Positions 38,933 to 48,420 of a stretch of 64,000 bases of DNA are shown piece by piece. The DNA lies in NCBI GenBank assembly GCA_965203325.1, contig OZ241875.1:2624001-2688000 (forward strand). Direction: 5' to 3'. The first letter of the stretch is position 1. Each line of letters begins with the position of its first letter. A program made the position numbers and the translations under genes. Below the pieces are notes generated by a model, which searched no databases, was not told the DNA's origin, and was given only the letters and a program-made list of their open reading frames with translations. This stretch comes from a bacterium (GTDB lineage: Bacteria > UBA8248).

Positions 38933-39697
38933 ATGGCGCACTCACACGATCACCACAACGGCGGACATGTTCACCACCACGGCGACCATCCTCACACCTA
39001 CAGCCAGGACCCCTCGGCGCACAACGCGCGGATGCAGTCCGACGACGCCTACCGCGAAGGAGCCGTGGCCCAGGTCGAGCACGATCTGGACTACTACCAG
39101 GTGCGCATGATGGCGCTGATGAACGTCCTCCGCGAGAAGGGCCTTCTCACGACCGACGAGATGCGGCGCGCGGTGGAGGAGATCTACGGCCAGAGTCCGG
39201 CCATCGGTTCGCGCATCATCGCGCGCGCCTGGGTCGATGAGGGCTTCAAGGAAAGGCTCCTGGCGGACGCGGACGCCGCCTGCGGCGAGATGGGCGTCGA
39301 CACCACGGGCATCAACCGCGTGGTGGCCCTTGAGAATACCGACACGACCCGCTACATGGTGGTGTGCACGCTGTGTTCGTGCTACCCGAGGCAAATCCTC
39401 GGGCAGCCCCCCACCTGGTACAAGAGCTTCCCCTATCGCTCGAAAGCCGTGACGGACCCGAGGGGAACATTGAAGGATATGGGCTTCGAAGCGCCCGATG
39501 ACGTGGAACTCATCGTCATCGATTCGAACGCGGATTGCCGCTATCTCATCATCCCCCAGCGTCCGGCGGGAACCGAGGACTGGAGCGAGGCGCAGCTCTT
39601 CCAGCTCGTCACGCGCGATTCGATGATCGGCGTGGGCGACCCCCTGACACCCGAGCAGCTCGAGCAAGCCATACAGGCGTCGGGGCAGGCCGGCTGA
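38933..39697 (+). CDS. Cobalt-type nitrile hydratase alpha / thiocyanate hydrolase gamma-like subunit
   Basis: VVCTLCSCYP metal motif, ARAWVD, PPTWYKS..YRS, RYLIIPQRPAGT, RDSMIG; His-rich N-terminus; GAGGAG RBS. Confidence 0.92.
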   Translation: MAHSHDHHNGGHVHHHGDHPHTYSQDPSAHNARMQSDDAYREGAVAQVEHDLDYYQVRMMALMNVLREKGLLTTDEMRRAVEEIYGQSPAIGSRIIARAWVDEGFKERLLADADAACGEMGVDTTGINRVVALENTDTTRYMVVCTLCSCYPRQILGQPPTWYKSFPYRSKAVTDPRGTLKDMGFEAPDDVELIVIDSNADCRYLIIPQRPAGTEDWSEAQLFQLVTRDSMIGVGDPLTPEQLEQAIQASGQAG

Positions 39698-39718
39698 TCG
39701 CAGTCTCAATCTCTCCAC

Positions 39719-39751
39719 GCGGCGGGGGCGGAAGCTCCCGCCGCTTTTTTT
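39719..39751 (+). terminator. Rho-independent terminator after the hydratase genes
   Basis: GCGGCGGG...CCCGCCGC stem followed by T7. Confidence 0.75.
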
Positions 39752-39765
39752 CGGGATGAGAACGA

Positions 39766-41172
39766 ATGCCCTCGCCTCGCGTCATCGCGATCCAGTTCGA
39801 CGGTCTGCGCGCCGACGCCCTGAGTGAGGAGAGAACACCGAATCTCCTCGCCGCGGCGAAGCGGGGCGCGTGGTTTCAGAATCACCGCAGCACGTTTCCC
39901 ACATCGACGAGAGTCTGCGTATCGAGCCTCGCTACGGGCGTCTATCCTGAAAAGCACGGCCTTCCGGGCAATTCGCTCTTCTCGCGCGATTTGGGCGAAA
40001 CCATCACGACGGGCCGCCATGAGAATCTCGTAAACTGGCAGCGCGCCATGGGCGGGCGTCTGCTGTTGCGGGACACCTTTTTCGAGCGGGTGGGGGGCGG
40101 CGCGATCATCAGCGCGGCGTCGAGCGGCTCCGCCTGGCTCTGGAACGCAGGCCGCGCCGCGCACCTGATTCACCCCGTTGCGGAATACCCTGCCGGGGAG
40201 CGCGGGAGGATCAAGGAGGCGGGGGAAATCCCCCATGCCGGCGCGCCGGATCTTCCGCGCTGCGAATGGGCGCTCGACCTGGCGCTCGATTACGTGATCC
40301 CGAAACTCGCGCCCGCCGTGCTCATGGTTCACCTGAGCGAGCCGGACAACACGCAGCATCACGAGGGCGCCGCAGGCGCCGTGCATCGCCAGGCGCTCGA
40401 AGGTGTGGACAGGCTGTTCGGCGCGTTCCGGGAGAGGTTTCAGGCGGAGCACGATGACTGGAGGCAGACGAACCTTCTCCTGTTCTCCGACCACGGGGTC
40501 GTGGCGACGGCGGGCATGATCGACCTGGATGCGGAACTGGCAGACCTCCCCGGCCGCGGTAAGAGCTGGCAGGCGGCGCACAGCGAGGGGGCCGCGCTTT
40601 TCTACGCCGAATCGGAAAAGACGCTTATCGAACTCGCCGCGTTCTTGCGGACGAAAGAATGGGCGGGGCCATTGTTCTCGAAAGAGGGAGATGGCGTCGA
40701 GGGCGCGCTGCCGGGCACGATGTCTCTGGGGCTGGCGGGCTGCGGCGGAGCCCGCGCGCCCGATTTGCTCATGGGCTTTCAGTGGGGCGATGGTTTCTTG
40801 GGGGGCGAGAACCGCGCGGGCGCGCTCCCCGGCTGGGGATATTCATCCGTCAACAACAAGGGCGGCGGCGGAACGCACGGCTCGTGCAGTCCGTATGAGC
40901 TTCGCAACTTCCTGATTGGCGCAGGCCCCGCTTTTCCGGCGGGCGTGCGGGTGGACGCGCCGACGGGCAACATCGACCTGGCCCCCACCATCCTCTCCCT
41001 GATGGGGAAGGAGACCTCCGGCCTCGATGGAGAGTCGCTCACGAAAACGCCCCGGGCGAGGGGAGAAGAGCGGCTCTACCGTGTGGAATCGAAGGATGTC
41101 GCCCAGACGCTATCGCGGGCGGAGGCGGACGGGCGGTTTTATCTCAACTTCGCCAGGCTGGAGAGGGCCTAA
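39766..41172 (+). CDS. Alkaline phosphatase superfamily (nucleotide pyrophosphatase/phosphodiesterase-like)
   Basis: FDGLRAD, FPTST, TGVYPEKHG, EPDNTQH, SDHG, THG, NIDLAPT. Confidence 0.85.
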   Translation: MPSPRVIAIQFDGLRADALSEERTPNLLAAAKRGAWFQNHRSTFPTSTRVCVSSLATGVYPEKHGLPGNSLFSRDLGETITTGRHENLVNWQRAMGGRLLLRDTFFERVGGGAIISAASSGSAWLWNAGRAAHLIHPVAEYPAGERGRIKEAGEIPHAGAPDLPRCEWALDLALDYVIPKLAPAVLMVHLSEPDNTQHHEGAAGAVHRQALEGVDRLFGAFRERFQAEHDDWRQTNLLLFSDHGVVATAGMIDLDAELADLPGRGKSWQAAHSEGAALFYAESEKTLIELAAFLRTKEWAGPLFSKEGDGVEGALPGTMSLGLAGCGGARAPDLLMGFQWGDGFLGGENRAGALPGWGYSSVNNKGGGGTHGSCSPYELRNFLIGAGPAFPAGVRVDAPTGNIDLAPTILSLMGKETSGLDGESLTKTPRARGEERLYRVESKDVAQTLSRAEADGRFYLNFARLERA

Positions 41173-41216
41173 CCTTTTGCCGCCGGTGGGAAGGCGGCAC
41201 ACTCCCAAGCCTTCGC

Positions 41217-42122
41217 CTAGCACCCGGCGTCCGTATACGCGGCGCGTTCCTCGTCCTTGAAGTCGTCCAGCAGGTTGTGCCCGCCCTCTTGTCCCTGCCG
41301 GACGGCGAAGATGGGCGGCGGCACGTCGGGGCGCCATTTGGTGGTCTCGGGCGGTTCGGGCCACTCATAGGGCAGGTGCCGGTAGGCGTTGGGCGCGTCC
41401 GCTTCTTCGAGCAGCGCGGCCATGTCCTCGCAAATCCGGCGCTGGCCCGCGTAATCGCCCACGACGCCCAACTGCCGCCCGAAGGGATACTGCACGAAAA
41501 CGGCTCTCGGCACGCAGACGCGCTCGGTGGTCTCGGGCACGTTGGAGATGATGACGGTGGCGATTCCCGCCTTTTCGATCTCGCGCTGAAGCAGTCCGCC
41601 GGACCGGTTGCAGAGCGGTCAGACCGGATAGAGAAAGGCCGCGTCCACGCCTTCGGCCTTCATCTTCTCGATCATCAGGGGCGCGGTGCGCTTCACCAGC
41701 GGGTTGAAGTTCGGGATGTAGCCCATGATGGAATAGAGCGTATCGGCCAGCGCGCCGATTTTCCCCTCCCGCTCGAAATCGAGAAAGATGTCGACCGGCC
41801 AGGAGACGTTCCTGTCCTCGGCCATGAACGAGGTGTCGACGTGCAGGTGGGAATATTCCACGTTGCCCTGGCCCGCCGTCCTGGGGATCTCCCGGTGGGT
41901 GGGGTCGCCCCAGGTGCCCTCGCGGCGCTCCCGTTCGTAGTCGAAAGAAACGTCGTCCTTCATGAAGATGCCGGCCGTGGAGACGAGGGTGACCCTGCAC
42001 TCCGCGAGCGGTTTCGCCATCGGCGTCCACGGCGTTTTGGCCGGGTCGGCGTGGCGCTGCGCCAGGACGCGCTCGCGCGAGGTGGGGTGGAAATAGAATC
42101 CATCGACTCTTTCGATTGGCAT
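41217..42122 (-). CDS. PrdB/GrdB-like (proline/glycine reductase component B family) selenoprotein, UxxC; Sec at TGA 41621-41619
   Basis: ORFs 41619-42140 and 41217-41540 are in the same frame and joined by TGA: AAFLYPV-U-PLCNRSGGLLQREIEKAGIATVIISNVPETTERVCVPRAVFVQYPFG; N-half PWTPMAKPLAECRVTLVSTAG, GDPTHREIP, DRNVSWPVD; start 42122 (GAGGA RBS) or 42140. Confidence 0.9.
41583..41621 (-). promoter_or_regulatory. Putative bacterial SECIS element of the PrdB-like gene
   Basis: UGA, 12 nt, then CGGUCC-GGC-GGACUG hairpin (41606-41592) with loop G at +19; outer CGCUCUG/CAGCG pairing. Confidence 0.65.
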
Positions 42123-42150
42123 TATGATCCTCGAATTCATGTTTCAAGAT

Positions 42151-43419
42151 TCAGGCGGGAGACGCTCCTCTCTTATCTCTTTTCACCCAGCCGAGCAACA
42201 CGGCGAAGAAGCCGCAGAGAAAGAACATGAGCGCGAAGGCCGACAAGCCCCACAGATAGGAGCCGTGCAGGTCGAACAATGCGCCCGTCGTCCATGGCCC
42301 CGCCGAGCCCCAGAGGGCGAAGCCCATCATCGCCACGCCGTTCACGCGCCCGAAGCCCGGGCCTTCGAAATAATCCGCGAGGATGGCCGAGCCGGTGGGC
42401 CGTATGAGGCCGAGCGCCAGACCGTTGGTTATCGTGCCGATGTAGAAGCGGAACTCGGGGTCTCCCTTCTCGTAGGTGGCGAGAACGAGGGCGGAGGCGA
42501 TTCCGAGCGCGTTGCCGATGAGGTAGGTCGGCACCCGTCCCAGCCGGTCCGAGACCGGGCTTACGAGGTTCGCCCCCACCTGGCAAAGCCCCCATATGGC
42601 GAACAGCACGCTCGCGGTCTGGAGCGAGAAGCCCTGGTCGGTGGCGTGGGGCACCAGATGCACGAGCATGCCCGCGAAGGCGTAGGCCATGGGCAGGAAC
42701 GAGCCCATGAAGAAGAAAAACGGCAGGTTGTACATGGAGACCGGCGGCCCGTCGGCGGATGGAGGCGCTGGTTCCGGCGCTCCTTCTTCCGGTAGGTTCT
42801 GGACGAAGGGCGCGTCGGCGATGGTGCCTTTCTCGGATGGGTGGTCCCTGTGAAAAATGATGCAGACGGGGAGCACGATGAGCAGCGTCACGCCCGCCAG
42901 CGCGAGATAGCTCATCCGCCAGCCCAAGGCCGCGATGAGGTAGGGCGTGGCGATGTTCAGGCAGAAGGCCCCTCCCTGGCAGGTGTTGGAAATGCCTAAG
43001 GCGAGCCCTCTTTTTTTCACGAACCAGTTCGAGAGCGTGGGCACCTGGGCGATCCACGTGCTCGCGGCGAAGCCCGCGCACAGGCCGATGTACATCAGGT
43101 AAAAATGCCAGAGCGAGGTGATCTGGCTCCCGATGAGCAGGGAGAGGCCGAACACCACGACCCCCGCCGACATCGACGCCCGGATGCTCCAGCGGTCGGA
43201 GAAGATGCCCGCCAGCGGCGAGATGATCGCCTGGGCCACCATCCCGATGGAAAAAGCCGCCGCCGTCGCGCCCCGGCTCCAGCCCAGCTCGCCCGAGATT
43301 TCCTTGAAGAAGGGCCCGATGGTGGCGCGGAAGGCGATGAGGGTGATCATGACGAGGAAGACCACGCCCAGGACCACCCAGCCGTACCAGAGGCGCGAAT
43401 CGTCCCGCATGGCGTCCAT
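42151..43419 (-). CDS. MFS transporter (OFA/MCT-like), copy 2
   Basis: WYGWVV, FFKEISGELGWSR, NWFVKKRGLALG, SDRLGR, ADYFEGPGFG. Confidence 0.9.
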   Translation of the reverse strand: MDAMRDDSRLWYGWVVLGVVFLVMITLIAFRATIGPFFKEISGELGWSRGATAAAFSIGMVAQAIISPLAGIFSDRWSIRASMSAGVVVFGLSLLIGSQITSLWHFYLMYIGLCAGFAASTWIAQVPTLSNWFVKKRGLALGISNTCQGGAFCLNIATPYLIAALGWRMSYLALAGVTLLIVLPVCIIFHRDHPSEKGTIADAPFVQNLPEEGAPEPAPPSADGPPVSMYNLPFFFFMGSFLPMAYAFAGMLVHLVPHATDQGFSLQTASVLFAIWGLCQVGANLVSPVSDRLGRVPTYLIGNALGIASALVLATYEKGDPEFRFYIGTITNGLALGLIRPTGSAILADYFEGPGFGRVNGVAMMGFALWGSAGPWTTGALFDLHGSYLWGLSAFALMFFLCGFFAVLLGWVKRDKRGASPA

Positions 43420-43423
43420 GGCC

Positions 43424-44713
43424 CTAGGCGCGCTCTTCGCGCGGCATGCGCGTGAGGCTCACCACGAAAACCGCGCCCGTGACGAACATGCAGCCCACGA
43501 GGAGGAAACCCGCGTAGTAGTTACCGCTCGCATCGAAGAGCATGCCCGTCACGAGGGGGCCCAAAGCGCCCACGACCGAGAAGACCATCATCGCGCACCC
43601 GTTCACGAGGCCGAAGCCCCGCCCCGCGAAATGATCCGCCAGAAGGGAAGACGCCGTGGGCCGGACGAATCCCAGAGCGAAGCCCACCCCCATCGCGCCC
43701 GCGTATATCCGCCACCCGGCCGACGCTTGCGTGAAGGCGGCCAGGAGGTAGCACGCGGCCACCCCGCACACCACCCCCACCATGAAGGTGGGGAGCCTCC
43801 CGATGCGATCCGATACCGCGCTCAGCCCGTTTCCCGCGACGAGGGCCGCCCCGTAAAGGGCGAAGAGTGCTGCGCCCCCCGAGGGGGAGAAGCCCTGGTC
43901 CGTCGCGTGGGGGATCAGGTGCACCAGGACGGCGGTGAAGATGTAGGCGATGCTGCCGTAGATGCCGCCGAGCAGCATGAACCTGCGGGTGAAGAAAAAA
44001 GAGAATGAGGCGGTCTCTTTCTCCTTATCTAAAGGGATGATGACGGCGGCTCTGGCGCGGGCGCGGGAGAATTCCTCGGAAGTGAGAAAGGGCGCGTCGG
44101 GCGCGGTGCGCTTCTCTCTGGGGTGCTCGCGCAGCAGCGCCACGGCGAAGGGCAGCAGGAAAAGAAGCACGACCCCCGCCAGCGCGAGGTAGCTCGCCCG
44201 CCAGCCGAAGGCCGCGATGAGCAGGGGGGTGAAGATGTTCACGATGGGCGCGAAGCCCTGGGCGGCGTGCGAAAATCCCATCGCGAGCCCGCGTTTCAGA
44301 ACGAACCAGTTGGCGAGCAGTTGCACCTGGGGCAGGTTGGCCGTGAAGGCGAAGCCCAGCGAGAGCAGGAAATACATGGCGTAGAAATGCCAGAGCGCGC
44401 CGATGTAGGCGCCGATGATGAGCGCCGCGCCGTTCACGAGAATGCCCGCCCCGATGACCCAGCGCATGTTGAAGCGCTCGAGCACCCATCCCGCGAAGGG
44501 GGCCACCAGCCCCTGGCCGAGCATGCCCATGGTGAAGGCGGCGGCGGTCTGCGCGCGGTTCCAGCCGAACTCGCCCGATATCTCCTTGAAGAAGACGCCG
44601 ATGGAGTTCCTGATGCCGATGACCACCGTCATGACGATGAAGACGCTGAGGAGGATCACCCAGCCGTACCACAGGCGCAGTTCTTTTCGGGTCTGGTAGC
44701 GCGATGCGATCAA
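43424..44713 (-). CDS. MFS transporter (OFA/MCT-like), copy 1
   Basis: Paralog of the neighbour; TTG start overlapping the NifU stop (TTGA) inferred. Confidence 0.88.
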   Translation of the reverse strand: MIASRYQTRKELRLWYGWVILLSVFIVMTVVIGIRNSIGVFFKEISGEFGWNRAQTAAAFTMGMLGQGLVAPFAGWVLERFNMRWVIGAGILVNGAALIIGAYIGALWHFYAMYFLLSLGFAFTANLPQVQLLANWFVLKRGLAMGFSHAAQGFAPIVNIFTPLLIAAFGWRASYLALAGVVLLFLLPFAVALLREHPREKRTAPDAPFLTSEEFSRARARAAVIIPLDKEKETASFSFFFTRRFMLLGGIYGSIAYIFTAVLVHLIPHATDQGFSPSGGAALFALYGAALVAGNGLSAVSDRIGRLPTFMVGVVCGVAACYLLAAFTQASAGWRIYAGAMGVGFALGFVRPTASSLLADHFAGRGFGLVNGCAMMVFSVVGALGPLVTGMLFDASGNYYAGFLLVGCMFVTGAVFVVSLTRMPREERA

Positions 44714-45048
44714 GTCGATGACTGGTCTTTGAGCGGATGCCCCACCCAAAACGAATAGCCGGAGTAGAATTTCTCCACCCGTTTGATGGCGTGATCGGAG
44801 ATGCGAACGCCCTCGACGGCGACGTCCGTGACGCCGGGGTGCTGCATGAGCTTCTGGCGCACGCCCAGGGCGTAGGTGACGCTCTTGAGCATGCAGCCCC
44901 GGCACGCGCCCTCGAAGCGAAGCGAGACTTCGCCGTTCTCGCTCACGCCCTCGAGCGTGATACCCCCGCCGTGAATCTTGAGAAGCGGGCGAATCTGCGT
45001 CTCGATGATGTCCTCGACGTCTGAGATTAAGGCTTCGTGCTCGTTCAT
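44710..45048 (-). CDS. NifU/NfuA C-terminal-domain protein
   Basis: IRPLLKIHGGGI...FEGACRGC (CxxC); ATGA overlap with upstream gene. Confidence 0.85.
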   Translation of the reverse strand: MNEHEALISDVEDIIETQIRPLLKIHGGGITLEGVSENGEVSLRFEGACRGCMLKSVTYALGVRQKLMQHPGVTDVAVEGVRISDHAIKRVEKFYSGYSFWVGHPLKDQSST

Positions 45049-46073
45049 CCCGCCGCTCCGTTCCAGAGTTCCCGTTTCTTCGCCTCCACGTCCACGCCGA
45101 AGATGCGCGCCTGGTTGAGTCCCAGGATGTTGCGCTTGTCCTCTTCCGTGATCTGCGGATAGCCGTAGTCGTCCTGCATGGATTCGGGGATCTCCATCTC
45201 CCATATCCACTCGATGACGGGCTTCGCGTTCCCCAGGAGCGCCATCTCCGAACCCCAGAGCACTCGCTCGGAGCCCACGTCGCGGAGCAGCCTGCCCATC
45301 CACTCGGTGAAAGTCCTCGGCGCGATCATCGGCGTGTGGCCGATGCCCGAGAGCACCAGGAACACGTTCTCGTAGCGGTTCGCCATCCAGACGACTTCCT
45401 CGAAATAGGGCACCGCCAGGTGGTGGACGCCGAAGAGGAGATCGGGAAAATCGAGCGCCGCGCCCTCGATGTCGAGCGGCGAGAGGTCGCGCAGCTTCGC
45501 CCGCGTGATGGGGTTTCCCTTGTGGAACTGGAACACCTCGACACCCAGCTCGCGTCCTTTCTCATAGAGGGGATAGGCGATTTCGGGGTCGTCGCACGCC
45601 CAGGATTTCCCGTCCACGTGGGCGTTGTAGATCTTGATGGACCGCGCCCCCCACTCCTTCACCTGGCGCTCCATCTCCTCGCACGCGGCGGCCACGCTCG
45701 GGTACATGGGGTCCACGGCCCCGCAGAACAGGCAGCGTTCGGGATAGGCCTGCGCGAAAGCGTACTGCGCCTTCACGGGCGCGAAGCCGTCCTTATAAAG
45801 ATCGAACAGGGGCACGGCCTGGGCCATCGCCATGTCGGTGCCCGAATCCTCGAAGACGAGGCGGCCCATGTCCTCGACGGTCCAGCGGCGCTTGAAGCCC
45901 TCCACCGGGTGCCAGTTCGCGTAGACGTCGGTGGGCGCGGTCCGCCTCCTGCCCAGCACCTTGCTCACGTGGTAGTGGCGGTCGTATTCGCTTTGCTCCG
46001 AGACGAGGTTCTCATCCGAGTAGTCGTACATGTGCACCACGTTGTCGAAGACGAATACGTCGCCGCGGATCAT
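45045..46073 (-). CDS. Amidohydrolase-2 family metalloprotein
   Basis: FDNVVH, KIY, FHKG, DFPDL..VHH, WGSE, KRNILGLN; AAGGAG RBS. Confidence 0.82.
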   Translation of the reverse strand: MIRGDVFVFDNVVHMYDYSDENLVSEQSEYDRHYHVSKVLGRRRTAPTDVYANWHPVEGFKRRWTVEDMGRLVFEDSGTDMAMAQAVPLFDLYKDGFAPVKAQYAFAQAYPERCLFCGAVDPMYPSVAAACEEMERQVKEWGARSIKIYNAHVDGKSWACDDPEIAYPLYEKGRELGVEVFQFHKGNPITRAKLRDLSPLDIEGAALDFPDLLFGVHHLAVPYFEEVVWMANRYENVFLVLSGIGHTPMIAPRTFTEWMGRLLRDVGSERVLWGSEMALLGNAKPVIEWIWEMEIPESMQDDYGYPQITEEDKRNILGLNQARIFGVDVEAKKRELWNGAAG

Positions 46074-46167
46074 GAGAGGAAACTCCTTCCGTGGGACAAG
46101 AATCACCACCGCCAGATTAGCACACGGCGCGCGGGCGTGTCAGATGTTGGAAGGATTTCAGGTTTCG

Positions 46168-47046
46168 CTAGTTGATGATGTTTGTTTTTATTCCCTGCGT
46201 TTTCCAATTTTCGAAAACATAATCCACGAATCCATCAACGGGTTTTGAATTGCATATCCGTGCGAGTTCGTTGCCTGAGCTTGTTAGTATTGCTTTGCCT
46301 GTTTCTATGCCGAATTTTTCACCTTTATTCTTTTCTGGCATTTCTACGGCTATTTTTTTGCCAAAATAATTTACATGAAAAGCTCTTTGGGAAAAAGTTA
46401 ATGTAAATCCAGCAGTAGAATTAAAACTAATGAGTCCTATGTCGTTGAGGTGAGAAAAAGCTTCGAATTCTACGTTTTGTTTAGTGTAAATTTCTGCATT
46501 ATGGTCATAAATTAACGGCACAGAACGATATCCAATTGTCATAATAAATGAACAAAAGGAAGTGAATAAACCTGCGTCTTTTTTATCGAGAGAACCTAAC
46601 AAATTCACCGTCCTTTTGGTGTAGGTTCCAGGCTCGTTTGCTTCTCCCGCCAGAATTTTCGACCAAAGTTGTTGCATATCGTCATCCGAGATGATTCGAC
46701 ATTTATCAAAGAAATTCACGATCCAATCATCTTCTATTTCTTCTGGTTTTAAAGAATCCCCTGCCACACGCGGAATAGCTTTTTCTATGATGGATTCCAT
46801 GTTTTCCTGTTTTTTGGCTTCTTCAGAAATGAAGCGTAGTGCAGCTCGTTGTTGTAATTCTTTGTTTTTTAATTGCCCTTGCGTCTTGATAAGGTCCGCA
46901 TCGGCTTCTGCTTGAGCGACATTTCTAATGCGGCGAGGTTCATACAAAATGCCAGTTAGATCAAAAATTCTATCTATGAGTCGAGTGAGGGGCTTAGAAA
47001 GACCGAGAGCATCTTCAATTTTAATAAGGGATTTATCATCAGACAT
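46168..47046 (-). CDS. DUF2806-like protein (AT-rich islet)
   Basis: KKQENMESI, IEDDWIVNFFDKCRIISDDDMQQLWSKILAGEANEPGTYTKRT. Confidence 0.75.
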   Translation of the reverse strand: MSDDKSLIKIEDALGLSKPLTRLIDRIFDLTGILYEPRRIRNVAQAEADADLIKTQGQLKNKELQQRAALRFISEEAKKQENMESIIEKAIPRVAGDSLKPEEIEDDWIVNFFDKCRIISDDDMQQLWSKILAGEANEPGTYTKRTVNLLGSLDKKDAGLFTSFCSFIMTIGYRSVPLIYDHNAEIYTKQNVEFEAFSHLNDIGLISFNSTAGFTLTFSQRAFHVNYFGKKIAVEMPEKNKGEKFGIETGKAILTSSGNELARICNSKPVDGFVDYVFENWKTQGIKTNIIN

Positions 47047-47236
47047 ATCGAAACACCTTCCCTAGTATTCGAGTTGGGCTATCGGAGCATAGTATCTGGA
47101 GAAATTTTTTTCAAAAGTGAACGCTAGGAAATTGCCCTAACCTACCTAGAGTTCCCGTCGCCGTTGGACTTGGGCTTTATGTGCGCGTAGAAAAGGCTCT
47201 GGTTTTTCACGCAGCCAGGGAATCGAGGAGCATGGA

Positions 47237-48106
47237 ATGGACTGGGTGACGCTCGCCGTCATAGCGGCCCTCGCGCAGGTGCTCAGAAACGCGGCGATGA
47301 AATCCATCGGCCACAAGCTCGATGAGTACATCAACGTGCTGGGGCGGTTCGCGTTCCTGCTGCCCTTCGCGGCCGCCGCGGTGTGGATGAGGGGCGTGCC
47401 CGAGATACAGCCCGGCTTCTGGTGGTATTGCGTCCTCTTCGGCTTCCTGCAGACCTCGGCCACGCTCTCGCTCTCGAAGGCGCTCCTCTACGGCTCGATG
47501 GGCGTGGTGACCTCGCTGTGGAAGCTCGCGACCATCTGGCTGGTGGTGCTCGCTTTCATCACGCTGGGCGAGGCGCCCTCGGCCTGGGGGCTTCTGGGCA
47601 TTTTCGTCACCCTGGCGGGTGTCTACGGGCTGAACGTCTCGCGCGCGCGGATCGGCTGGTTCGAGCCCGTGCGCGCCATATTCACCGACAAGGGGATGCG
47701 CTACACCGTGCTCGCCTCGCTGCTCTACGCGCCCTCGGTGATCACCTTTAAGCAGGCGGCGGTGCTCTCGGACGCGACTTTCGGGACGTTCATGACCTAT
47801 GCGGCGGCGTCGATCGTCGTTTTGCCGCTCACCCTGTGGAAATCCGCCGAACACTTCAAGGACGCCCCCAGACTCTGGAAGGGCTTCGTCTCCCTGGGGC
47901 TGTTCGCCTTCATCACGAGCCTCGCCCAGGCGGAGGCCTACCGGCTCACGCTCACTTCTTATGTGGAGTCGGTGAAGCAGGTCGAGATTCTCCTGGCCAT
48001 CGGGATCGGCTACGTCTTCTTCAGGGAGCGCGACCGCGTGCGCGAAACGCTCCTGGGCGGCGTGGTGATCCTGGCGGGAATCGTTCTCCTGATCCTGGCG
48101 GGGTGA
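47237..48106 (+). CDS. DMT/EamA family transporter
   Basis: About 10 TM helices in two repeats; LGE, SYVESVKQVEIL, FFRE. Confidence 0.85.
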   Translation: MDWVTLAVIAALAQVLRNAAMKSIGHKLDEYINVLGRFAFLLPFAAAAVWMRGVPEIQPGFWWYCVLFGFLQTSATLSLSKALLYGSMGVVTSLWKLATIWLVVLAFITLGEAPSAWGLLGIFVTLAGVYGLNVSRARIGWFEPVRAIFTDKGMRYTVLASLLYAPSVITFKQAAVLSDATFGTFMTYAAASIVVLPLTLWKSAEHFKDAPRLWKGFVSLGLFAFITSLAQAEAYRLTLTSYVESVKQVEILLAIGIGYVFFRERDRVRETLLGGVVILAGIVLLILAG

Positions 48107-48136
48107 ATTCCGGCCGAAGAGGGAGGAATTCCAGCC

Positions 48137-48420
48137 GCAGGGGTCAGACATATATGTCTGACTATGTGTCCGCCCTGCCCCCGTGGTTGTTCCTGCGATG
48201 AACAATTCGATGATCGGGATTCCTTCCTCGCCCTGAAAGGACAGCCCCTCCTCGGGGCTGTCCCGCCCCCCCTACCCCCCCTTGTCAGGGGTCAAACGCG
48301 AGTGATGAACGAGCGTTTGCATGAGCCATTGACGAGAAACACATCGTCTTGCAAAACCTCCCTCTTCGGTCGGTTTTGACCCCTGACAAGGGGGGTAGGG
48401 GGGGGTGCTTTTCCAGTCGA
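48137..48420. repeat. REP/IR cluster left of the lipoprotein gene
   Basis: GCAGGGGTCAGACATATATGTCTGAC, GGACAGCCCCTCCTCGGGGCTGTCC palindrome, long IR element ~48265-48406. Confidence 0.8.

Noticed and set aside
41217..42140. Two separate genes or a nonsense pseudogene, as the ORF track implies
   Set aside because: Same frame, a single TGA exactly at the family's UxxC position, continuous homology across it and a SECIS-like hairpin; Sec read-through is more parsimonious
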